Source of the DNA: Micromonosporaceae bacterium
GTDB taxonomy: Bacteria > Actinomycetota > Actinomycetes > Mycobacteriales > Micromonosporaceae
Direction: 5' to 3'
Assembly (NCBI GenBank): GCA_035263025.1
Contig: DATFRR010000010.1
Coordinates: 10,456 to 74,455 of the forward strand
DNA: 64,000 bases
Under the pieces are notes generated by a model that saw nothing but the letters and a program-made list of their open reading frames with translations, was not told where the DNA came from and did no database searches. This document shows positions 54,633 through 62,884 of this stretch, piece by piece. Each line of letters starts with the position of its first letter. Position 1 is the stretch's first letter. A program made the position numbers and the translations under genes.

Positions 54633-57254
54633 GTGCTGGACAAGTCTGTCGATGTACTGACGGTTGATCTGGCTGAGTCGACGACCAGTGACGGCACCCT
54701 CGTGGGCCCGGCCGGCACCGAACAGATCCTGGCCGCGGTGCTGGCCGACGTGCTGGATGTCGATCGGGTGTCGGTTGACAGCCACTTCTTCGACGACCTG
54801 GGCGCCAACTCGCTGACGATGGCGCACTTCTGTGCGCGCGTTCGAAAGCGGGACGACCTGCCGTCGGTGTCGATGAAGGACATCTATCGCAGCCCAACCG
54901 TCAAGAGTCTCGCGGAAGATCTCGCCGAGGAAGTTCCCGAGCCGACCGAATCCGCTGTCGCCACGTCGACCGAGGCAACGGTTGAGGTGCCGACCCGCGC
55001 CAGCACGCGACAATACGTGCTCTGCGGTGTGCTTCAGCTCTTGACCTTCCTCGCGTACACCGTGCTGCTTGCTCTCATTGTCACGGCCGGGTACGAGTGG
55101 ATCGCCTCGGGCACCAGCATTCTCGACTACTACATCCGAGCCGTGATCGTCGGCGCGGCCACGTTCGTCGCACTGTGCGTCCTGCCGATCGCCGCGAAGT
55201 GGACGCTGGTCGGCCGATGGAAGTCGCGCGAGATCCGGATATGGAGCCTCGGGTACGTACGGTTCTGGATCGTCAAGACATTGGTGCAACGCAATCTTCT
55301 GGTGCTGCTGTTCGTCGGCTCGCCGCTCTACCCGCTCTACCTGCGGGCGCTGGGTGCCAAGGTCGGGCGCGGCGTCGCAATCTTCTCCAGATCGGTGCCG
55401 GTGTGCACCGACCTGTTGACCATTGGCGACGGCACCGTCGTTCGCAAGGACTCACACCTCACGTGCTACCGCGCTCACGCTGGCGTGCTCCAGACGGGGC
55501 CAGTGACGCTCGGAAGGGACGTATTCGTCGGAGAGATGACGGTCGTCGACATCAACACCTCGATGGGCGACGGCGCGCAACTCGGCCATACGTCCTCGCT
55601 TCACCCCGGACAGGCCGTGCCGGCCGGCGAACACTGGCACGGATCCCCCGCGCAGAAGACCGAGATGAACTATCGGACGGTCGAGCCCGCCAAGTGTGGT
55701 GTCATGCGGCGCGTCAGTTATTCGCTGATGCAGGTGTTGATCCTGTTGGTGATCGACGTGCCGATCGCGCTCGCCGCCGCGGACGTTCTGCTTCGTGAAA
55801 TCCCCCGCCTTGGACGGCTCGAGTTCGGACCGCACGTCCTGACGAGCTGGACGTTCTACGTCGTCGGGCTGGTGGTCTCGTTCGCACTGTTCTTCGGCAC
55901 GACCATCGTTGGCCTGGTGCTTGTGACGACGATTCCTCGGCTGTTCAACCTCGCGCTCAAGCCGGGCAAGACATATCGGCTGTACGGCATCCACTACGCG
56001 ATCCACCGAGCGGTCGAGCGCCGGACCAACAGTCAGTTTTTCAAGACGCTCTTTGGCGACAGCTCCAGCATCGTCGGCTACCTCCGCTTGATCGGGTATC
56101 GGCTCCGGAACGTCGAGCAAACCGGGTCGAACTTCGGCACGTACCTCAAACACAGCAATCCCTACCTGAGTGCGGTCGGCAGCGGAACGATGGTGGCGGA
56201 CGGGCTGTCCATCATCAACGCCGACTTCTCGAGCAGTTCATTCCGGCTGAACCCGGCGACCATTGGGCCACAGAACTTTCTCGGCAATGCCATCGCCTAT
56301 CCGTCGCAGGGCAAGACCGGCGACGACTGCCTGATCGCAACCAAGGCGATGGTGCCGATCGAAGGCGAAATCCGGGAGGGCGTTGGGCTTCTGGGCTCGC
56401 CGAGCTTCGAGATCCCTCGGTCGGTCCAGCGCGACACCCAATTCGATCATCTGCGGACCGGACCGTCGCTGCATCGCGCGCTCACCGCAAAAAACAGGCA
56501 CAACGCCGTCACCGCCGCCGGCTACTTGTTTGGCCGATGGATGCATGTCTACGGGCTCACCTTGCTGGCGTGGACAACGACCCGCTTGTACGGCCTTCAG
56601 GGCACCTGGGTGATCGCACTGGCGTCGATCCTGACCCTCGTGTGGACCACCCTCTTCTTCGCCGTCGTGGAGCGTGCCGTGCAGGTGTTCTTGCCGTTGC
56701 GACCGCTCTACTGCTCGATCTACGACCGCAGGTTCTGGCGACACGAACGGTTCTGGAAGAGCGCGGCGGTGACGATGCACCTCCACGCCTTCGACGGCAC
56801 GCCGTTCAAGTCGGGCGTGTGGAGATTGCTGGGCGTACGAATGGGCCGGCGGGTGTTCGACGACGGGTGCGGGATTCCGGAAAAGACGCTCGTGGCGATC
56901 GGCGATGACACGACCCTCAACGCGGGTTCGACCATCCAGTGTCACTCGCAGGAGGACGGCGCCTTCAAGTCCGACCGCATCACGATCGGCGCCGGCTGCA
57001 CGGTGGGCGTCGGCGCCTGGGTCCACTACGGCGTGACGATGGGCGACGGAGCGATGCTCGGCCCCGATGCGTTCCTGATGAAGGGCGAGGACGTCCCACC
57101 GCAGGCGCGGTGGGCCGGCAACCCGGCCCGGGACCTGCGCGATGACCGTGCACTCACCATGCAGCTCCGTGGCACCGGCAGCGACAGCAGGCAGCCGGCC
57201 GCGGTGACGGCCGACACGTCCGCGGCGACTGGAGGAACACGATGCAACGGGTAA
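54633..57254 (+). CDS. Carrier (T) domain fused to a six-TM, triple hexapeptide-repeat membrane domain of the Pls/PosA NRPS-terminal type; no adenylation domain
   Basis: 873 aa. The T domain carries HFFDDLGANSLTMAH, with the Ser codon at 54810-54812. Three pairs of hydrophobic segments lie at about aa 128-188, 358-433 and 630-685. Each pair is followed by a soluble left-handed-beta-helix-like block, for example LGAKVGRGVAIFS...IGDGTVV...VTLGRDVFVGE and LGVRMGRRVFDD...IGDDTTLNAGSTI...ITIGAGCTVGVGAWV. Confidence 0.8.
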   Translation: MLDKSVDVLTVDLAESTTSDGTLVGPAGTEQILAAVLADVLDVDRVSVDSHFFDDLGANSLTMAHFCARVRKRDDLPSVSMKDIYRSPTVKSLAEDLAEEVPEPTESAVATSTEATVEVPTRASTRQYVLCGVLQLLTFLAYTVLLALIVTAGYEWIASGTSILDYYIRAVIVGAATFVALCVLPIAAKWTLVGRWKSREIRIWSLGYVRFWIVKTLVQRNLLVLLFVGSPLYPLYLRALGAKVGRGVAIFSRSVPVCTDLLTIGDGTVVRKDSHLTCYRAHAGVLQTGPVTLGRDVFVGEMTVVDINTSMGDGAQLGHTSSLHPGQAVPAGEHWHGSPAQKTEMNYRTVEPAKCGVMRRVSYSLMQVLILLVIDVPIALAAADVLLREIPRLGRLEFGPHVLTSWTFYVVGLVVSFALFFGTTIVGLVLVTTIPRLFNLALKPGKTYRLYGIHYAIHRAVERRTNSQFFKTLFGDSSSIVGYLRLIGYRLRNVEQTGSNFGTYLKHSNPYLSAVGSGTMVADGLSIINADFSSSSFRLNPATIGPQNFLGNAIAYPSQGKTGDDCLIATKAMVPIEGEIREGVGLLGSPSFEIPRSVQRDTQFDHLRTGPSLHRALTAKNRHNAVTAAGYLFGRWMHVYGLTLLAWTTTRLYGLQGTWVIALASILTLVWTTLFFAVVERAVQVFLPLRPLYCSIYDRRFWRHERFWKSAAVTMHLHAFDGTPFKSGVWRLLGVRMGRRVFDDGCGIPEKTLVAIGDDTTLNAGSTIQCHSQEDGAFKSDRITIGAGCTVGVGAWVHYGVTMGDGAMLGPDAFLMKGEDVPPQARWAGNPARDLRDDRALTMQLRGTGSDSRQPAAVTADTSAATGGTRCNG

Positions 57255-59734
57255 CCGCCGCCGGTCGGGAATACTGGACGAGCGCGTTGGCGTCTGGCGG
57301 CTTGGCGTCAGTTCCACGGTGGACGGTGAACCCAACTCCCGGCGTGGCAACGTTCGAGGTTGTCATCCCACACGACACCGTGGCGGCCCTGCACGGGCTC
57401 GCTGGCGCGATGGGCATCCGACTCAGCGCGGTCTTGCTAGCGGCGCACGCCAAGGTGATTGCCGCGCTGTGCGGCGAAGCTCACGTCACGACCGGCTATG
57501 TTGCGACGGACGGCGACGATCCGCTGCCGTGCGTACTGACGACCGACGCTGACTCGTGGCGTGGTCTGCTGCTCGACTCTCATCGCGCGCAGGCACACCT
57601 GTTGCCGCACAAGGACTTTCCGATCCACGACCTGATGCGCGAACTGCACGTGTCCGGGCCGCTGTTCGACACGATGTTCGACGCGACCGGTGGCGATGGA
57701 AGTCTTGCCGACGAGGTGGCATTGCGGGTTGGTGCCGTACATCGGGGCGAGGAGCTAGTGCTGCGAACGCGGTACCGCACCGATGTGCTCGACGCCGACA
57801 GTGCCGCGCGAGTCACCGGCTACTACCTCTCCGCGCTCGCGCAGATCGCTACCGAGCCGGATGCCGAGCATCGTCGGCGCAGCCTAGTCTCCGCCGAGGA
57901 GCACGATTTCCAGCTCGACGCGCTTGCCGGGCCGCATCGGGAGCTGCCCGATGGGCGAGTGCATGAGCTTTTCGAAGCGCGGGTACGCCAGTGCCCGGAT
58001 TCCGTGGCAGCTGTGCACGGCAACGTCCGGTGGACCTATCGAGAACTCAACGCCCGCGCCAACCGCTTGGCGCGCGCCTTGCTGGCAGAGGGGCTGCGAC
58101 GCGAAGACGTCGTCGCGGTGGTGACCGAGCGCAACCTCGATTGGATGGCCGCTGTTCTCGCGATCTTCAAGGCTGGTGGGGCGTACCTCCCGATCGAGCC
58201 GCACTTTCCGAGCGATCGCATCGCGACTACGTTGTCGCGCGCCGATTGCCACCTCGTGCTGACCGAACCTGCCAGCACCAAAACGCTAAGCCAGGCCGTC
58301 GCGTCGCGAGCCGACGTTCACACCATGTTCATCCAGGACGCCTACGAAACGGACCGTGCCGAGGACGATCTCGACATTGCGGTTGCGCCGGATCAGCTCG
58401 CGTACATCTACTTCACCTCCGGGTCGACAGGCGAGCCGAAGGGTGCGATGTGCGAGCACGCCGGGATGCTGAACCACATGTACGCCAAGATCGACGATCT
58501 GGACATCGCCGAGGGGTCGATCGTCGCTCAGACTGCCCCACAGTGCTTCGACATCTCCTTGTGGCAGCTCATCTCCGCGGTCCTGGTCGGCGGACAGACG
58601 TTGATAGTCGAGCAGGACGTGATTCTGGACGTACCGCGGTTCACCGACAAGGTTGTCGACGCCCGGGTCGCGGTGCTGCAGGTGGTCCCGTCCTACCTCG
58701 AAGCCGTGGTCTCGCACCTGGAGCAGAGCCCGCAGAAGTTGGCCGACCTACGGTGCGTCTCGGTTACCGGTGAGGCGCTGAAGAAGGAGCTCACCGAGCG
58801 TTGGTTCGCCATCGAGCCAGACATCAAGCTCGTCAACGCGTACGGGCTGACCGAGACCTCGGACGACACGAACCACGAGGTGATGGAAGGCGTACCGAAT
58901 GGGTCAGGTGTGCCGCTCGGCCGGCCGGTCAACAACGTGCGCGTCTACATCGTCGACGAGCACCTGTCGCCCGTTCCGCTCGGCGCGCCCGGCGCGATCG
59001 TGTTCTCCGGTGTGTGTGTCGGACGCGGCTACGTGAACGATCCGGAGCGCACTCGGCTGGCCTTCATGGCCGACCCGCATCGCATCGGCGAACGCCTTTA
59101 CGTGGGCGGTGACTACGGCCGCTGGCGACCCGACGGCAAGGTCGAGTTCCTCGGTAGACATGATTCTCAGGTCAAAATCAACGGCTTCCGCATCGAGATC
59201 GGGGAGATCGAGAACACCCTCCTGCGTGTGCCCGACGTGCGCGACGGCGCCGTGGTGATCACCGAGCGCATCGATGCGAGCAAGCATCTCGTGGCGTTCT
59301 ACTCGGGCACGCGGCCACTGGAACTGGACATCCTGCGGAGCCGACTCTCCGAGTCGCTACCCGAATACATGGTCCCGAGCGCGTTTCATTGGCGAGACAC
59401 TCTGCCACTCACCGCCAACGGGAAGATCGACAAGAAGTCCTTGGCCGCGCTAGCCAGCGACCTAGACATTCTCGACGACCGGGATCCGCCCAGCACGCCC
59501 ACCGAGCAGCGCCTCGCGATCGCCTGGGCGCGAGTGCTCGGAATCTCCGAGGATCAGATCGGTCGCCAGGATCATTTCTTCGACCGCGGCGGCACGTCGC
59601 TGGCCGCGGTGAAGCTCGCGATCACGCTGGACCGCGTGGTGTCACTCAAGGACGTTACACAGCATCCCGTGCTCGCCGATCTGGCCGGCGTCATCGACGG
59701 TCTGCGTACCGGCGAACTCCTGGCCTCTTCTTGA
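57242..59734 (+). CDS. NRPS: C-terminal half of a condensation domain (no HHxxxDG) + adenylation domain + carrier domain; no TE/R domain
   Basis: 830 aa. The A-domain cores are LAYIYFTSGSTGEPKG, FDISLWQ, NAYGLTET, GDYGRWRPDGKVEFLGRHDSQVKINGFRIE and NGKIDKK. The T domain is FFDRGGTSLAAVKL. It overlaps the upstream gene by 13 nt. Confidence 0.9.
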   Translation: MQRVTAAGREYWTSALASGGLASVPRWTVNPTPGVATFEVVIPHDTVAALHGLAGAMGIRLSAVLLAAHAKVIAALCGEAHVTTGYVATDGDDPLPCVLTTDADSWRGLLLDSHRAQAHLLPHKDFPIHDLMRELHVSGPLFDTMFDATGGDGSLADEVALRVGAVHRGEELVLRTRYRTDVLDADSAARVTGYYLSALAQIATEPDAEHRRRSLVSAEEHDFQLDALAGPHRELPDGRVHELFEARVRQCPDSVAAVHGNVRWTYRELNARANRLARALLAEGLRREDVVAVVTERNLDWMAAVLAIFKAGGAYLPIEPHFPSDRIATTLSRADCHLVLTEPASTKTLSQAVASRADVHTMFIQDAYETDRAEDDLDIAVAPDQLAYIYFTSGSTGEPKGAMCEHAGMLNHMYAKIDDLDIAEGSIVAQTAPQCFDISLWQLISAVLVGGQTLIVEQDVILDVPRFTDKVVDARVAVLQVVPSYLEAVVSHLEQSPQKLADLRCVSVTGEALKKELTERWFAIEPDIKLVNAYGLTETSDDTNHEVMEGVPNGSGVPLGRPVNNVRVYIVDEHLSPVPLGAPGAIVFSGVCVGRGYVNDPERTRLAFMADPHRIGERLYVGGDYGRWRPDGKVEFLGRHDSQVKINGFRIEIGEIENTLLRVPDVRDGAVVITERIDASKHLVAFYSGTRPLELDILRSRLSESLPEYMVPSAFHWRDTLPLTANGKIDKKSLAALASDLDILDDRDPPSTPTEQRLAIAWARVLGISEDQIGRQDHFFDRGGTSLAAVKLAITLDRVVSLKDVTQHPVLADLAGVIDGLRTGELLASS

Positions 59735-59757
59735 CGAGAACCGAAAGGACCTTACAG

Positions 59758-60759
59758 ATGTCGTCCTCTTCCGCAATACAGCTGATCGACGTGGACCGCC
59801 AACCAGGCAGGCCGCCGATGATGCAGGTCGACCAGCCGGCAGATGCGCCGGCGTGGGCGACCGAGCACCGGGATGGATTGCGGGCTCTCGTCGCCGTGCA
59901 CGGCGCAATCCTGGTCCGCGGCCTCGGGCTGCATGACGGGGCCGAGATCGCGATGGTGTTCCGCAACCTGTCCAACAGCCTCATGACAGAACGAGAGGCC
60001 TTTGCGCCGCGCCGGATCTATGCCGACGGCGTGTACTCGTCCGCGACGTGGCCGGCGAACCAGCCGATGTGCATGCATCACGAACTGAGCTACGCGCTCG
60101 AAGTGCCGAGCCTGATGCTGTTCGCGTGCGTCACGCCGCCGTCGCAGGGCGGCGCGACCGGCGTGGCCGACTCACCTAGCGTGCTGCGCGCACTGCCGGC
60201 TGAGTTGACCGAGCGCCTGCGCCGTGATGGTTGGCTGCTCACTCGCAACTACAACGACGACATCGGGGCGTCGATCGGCGATGCGTTCGGCACCGACGAT
60301 CCCAGCGCGGTGGAGGCCTATTGCCGCGCGAACGCGATCGACTTCGAGTGGCAGCCCGATGGCGGACTGCGCACTCAGCAACGCCGCGCCGCCGTGGTGC
60401 CTCACCCCGTCACCGGCGAGCCCTGCTGGTTCAACCAGATCGCCTTCCTCAACGAGTGGACCATCGCTCCGGAGATCCGTGAATACCTCGTCGACATGTA
60501 CGGCGAGGACGGCCTGCCATTCAACACCCGCTTCGGCAACGGTGATCCGATTACGGAGGACACCGTCATGCTGCTCAACGGGGTGTACGAGGCGAACACC
60601 GCCCGGGAACCGTGGCGGGCGGGCGACCTGATGCTGGTCGACAACATCCGCACCGCGCACAGCCGGGAAGCCTACGAGGGACCGCGAGAAGTGCTCGTCG
60701 GCATGGCGGACGCCGTCCGCCTCGACAACTCACCGACTGGCGAGGTGACGGCCGCATGA
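59758..60759 (+). CDS. TauD/TfdA-family Fe(II)/2-oxoglutarate dioxygenase, SyrP-like
   Basis: The motifs are MHHELSY (HxE) and the distal His in DNIRTAHSR. The overall pattern resembles NRPS-associated amino-acid beta-hydroxylases. The RBS is GAAAGGA. Confidence 0.8.
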   Translation: MSSSSAIQLIDVDRQPGRPPMMQVDQPADAPAWATEHRDGLRALVAVHGAILVRGLGLHDGAEIAMVFRNLSNSLMTEREAFAPRRIYADGVYSSATWPANQPMCMHHELSYALEVPSLMLFACVTPPSQGGATGVADSPSVLRALPAELTERLRRDGWLLTRNYNDDIGASIGDAFGTDDPSAVEAYCRANAIDFEWQPDGGLRTQQRRAAVVPHPVTGEPCWFNQIAFLNEWTIAPEIREYLVDMYGEDGLPFNTRFGNGDPITEDTVMLLNGVYEANTAREPWRAGDLMLVDNIRTAHSREAYEGPREVLVGMADAVRLDNSPTGEVTAA

Positions 60760-61826
60760 CCGCGATCGAAACAGCTGCCGGGCAAGGCTCCACCAACCGG
60801 CGCAGCGCCGTACCGCCGTTCGCGATGGTCTCGGGCGCGCAGGTCCAGCAGGTCTTGGACGGGCGCGAGAAGGAGATTGTGTCGTTGGTCGAGGCGACGT
60901 ATCGGCTACACGGCGCTGGCGATTCCGTGAACCCGCCGTCGTACTTTCTCCGTTTCCCCGACCGTCCGTCCGCCCGCATCATCGCGCTTCCCGCGTCGAT
61001 CGGCGGTGACGTTCGGGTAGACGGACTGAAGTGGGTTTCCAGCTTTCCCGACAACGTCAGCATCGGTGTGCCGCGCGCATCAGCTGTACTCATCCTGAAC
61101 GATCACGACACGGGCTACCCGTTTGCATGTCTCGAAGGCTCGATCATCAGCGCGACGAGGACCGCCGCGTCGGCGGCGCTCGCCGCGGACTGGCTGAGCC
61201 GGCAACGGCGACGCCCGCGGAGCGTGGGGTTCATCGGAGTCGGTCTGATCGCGCGTTACATCCACGCGTTCATGGCCAGCACCGGCTGGACATTCGACGA
61301 GATCGGCGTCCACGATCTGTCCCCGGACAGCGCATCCGGTTTCCGCGGCTATTTGGAACGCACAGATGTCGCCGGCCGGATCTCCATTTACGACCGCCCG
61401 GAAGACCTGATCCGGTCCAGCGACATGGTGGTGTTTGCCACCGTCGCGAGCCGTCCGTACGTCACGGACGCGTCGTGGTTCGACCACAATCCAGTGGTGT
61501 TGCACGTGTCGCTTCGCGACCTGGCGCCTGAGATCCTGCTCGGCTCGACCAACATCCTCGACGACGTTGACCACTGCATGAAGGCCGACACGTCGCCGCA
61601 TTTGGCAGAACAGCTCACTGGCAATCGTGACTTCCTGACCGGCACGCTGGACGACGTGATGTCCGGCCGGGTAACGGTGCCCGCGCACCGGCCGGCGGTG
61701 TTCTCGCCGTTCGGTCTCGGCGTGCTGGATCTGGCCGTCGGCAAGTTCGTCTACGACGAGGTGGCCCGGTCCGGCGAGCTGCGTGTCGTTGACAACTTCT
61801 TCCACGAGTTACATCGCTACGGCTAA
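60756..61826 (+). CDS. sbnB: SbnB-type NAD-dependent dehydrogenase (ornithine cyclodeaminase/mu-crystallin fold) for L-2,3-diaminopropionate synthesis
   Basis: The OCD fold has the Rossmann motif VGFIGVGLIARY, and the gene is immediately paired with an SbnA-type gene. An ATGA overlap links it to the dioxygenase gene. Confidence 0.75.
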   Translation: MTAIETAAGQGSTNRRSAVPPFAMVSGAQVQQVLDGREKEIVSLVEATYRLHGAGDSVNPPSYFLRFPDRPSARIIALPASIGGDVRVDGLKWVSSFPDNVSIGVPRASAVLILNDHDTGYPFACLEGSIISATRTAASAALAADWLSRQRRRPRSVGFIGVGLIARYIHAFMASTGWTFDEIGVHDLSPDSASGFRGYLERTDVAGRISIYDRPEDLIRSSDMVVFATVASRPYVTDASWFDHNPVVLHVSLRDLAPEILLGSTNILDDVDHCMKADTSPHLAEQLTGNRDFLTGTLDDVMSGRVTVPAHRPAVFSPFGLGVLDLAVGKFVYDEVARSGELRVVDNFFHELHRYG

Positions 61827-61861
61827 CGGCCTAGTGCTCTGCGACAGATGAGGAGGCCACC

Positions 61862-62848
61862 ATGCCAGTCATTTCCGTTCCTGAGGGCTTCAACGAAGAG
61901 GAGCTCTACGTCGACCTTCAGTCGATGTTCGGGCACTCGCTCTACCTGAAGTGTGAGGGCTTTAACTTCGCCGGGTCGATCAAGCTCAAGGCCGCGGCCG
62001 AGATGGTCGAGGCAGCGGAGCAGGACGGAATTCTTCGGCCCGACTCGATCCTGATCGAGTCGTCATCGGGGAACCTGGGCGTGGCGCTCAGCATGATTGC
62101 CGCGAGCAAGGGCTACCAGTTCGTGTGCGTGACAGATTCGCGGTGCAACCTGACCACCAGGCGTGCTATGGAGGCGCTGGGCAGCCGGGTGCACATCATC
62201 AACGATCCGGACGCGAAGGGCGGTCTCCTTGGTGCGCGCCTCGACTACGTCCGCGAGCAGTGCGAGAACGATGACCGGTACGTGTGGTTCAACCAGTACG
62301 CCAACCCACACAACTGGCTGGCGCACTACCGCCGTACCGCACCGGCGATCGCCCGGAAGTTCCCTAACCTGGACGTACTGTTCGTCGGCGCGGGTACGAC
62401 CGGGACGTTGATGGGCTGCGCGCGCTTCTTCCGGGACTGGCACTGGCCGGTGCGGATCGTCGCGGTGGACAGCGTCGGGTCGGTGACGTTCGGTGGGACG
62501 TCGGGTCGCCGGATGATCCCCGGACTGGGTACGAGCGTACGGCCGCCGATCCTCGACGAGGCCTACGTTGACGACGTCGTGCGAATCGAGGAAGCGGATA
62601 CCATTCGTGCCTGCCATCGCCTGGCCAGAAGCGGATTCCTGTTCGGCGGATCCACCGGAACGATTGTCAGTGGCGCCGTCCAATGGCTAGGCCAGCACAA
62701 CGGCCATGGCCTCACGGCCGTCGCCATCGCACCAGATCTTGGCGAGCGCTACCTGGACACGGTGTACCAAACGAACTGGCTCCAGGATCTCTACGGCGAA
62801 GAGGTGCTCGACACCGCCGAGCTGACCGCGGGCGCCCGGACCGGTTGA
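61862..62848 (+). CDS. sbnA: SbnA-type PLP-dependent enzyme (cysteine-synthase fold) for L-2,3-diaminopropionate synthesis
   Basis: The motifs are LKCEGFNFAGSIKLK (PLP Lys), ESSSGNLG, WFNQYANPHNW, IVAVDSVGSVTFGG, PGLGTSVRPPIL, GGSTGTIV and PDLGERYLDTVY. They are collinear with S. aureus SbnA as I remember it. The RBS is GAGGAGG. Confidence 0.85.
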   Translation: MPVISVPEGFNEEELYVDLQSMFGHSLYLKCEGFNFAGSIKLKAAAEMVEAAEQDGILRPDSILIESSSGNLGVALSMIAASKGYQFVCVTDSRCNLTTRRAMEALGSRVHIINDPDAKGGLLGARLDYVREQCENDDRYVWFNQYANPHNWLAHYRRTAPAIARKFPNLDVLFVGAGTTGTLMGCARFFRDWHWPVRIVAVDSVGSVTFGGTSGRRMIPGLGTSVRPPILDEAYVDDVVRIEEADTIRACHRLARSGFLFGGSTGTIVSGAVQWLGQHNGHGLTAVAIAPDLGERYLDTVYQTNWLQDLYGEEVLDTAELTAGARTG

Positions 62849-62884
62849 TACGCGAGATAACCGTGCGCATTAGAGTGCCGACTC

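Noticed and set aside
54015-55289. 424-aa minus-strand ORF covering the long gap and the 5' end of the polymerase gene (also 54188-54883 and 54238-54897)
   Set aside because: It has no motifs and overlaps the carrier-domain coding region, which has a canonical Ppant site on the plus strand. The part inside the gap has no independent support.
59389-59757. 123-aa N-terminal extension of the TauD-like ORF
   Set aside because: It lies inside the T-domain coding region of the NRPS gene in another frame. An RBS and family similarity begin at ATG 59758.
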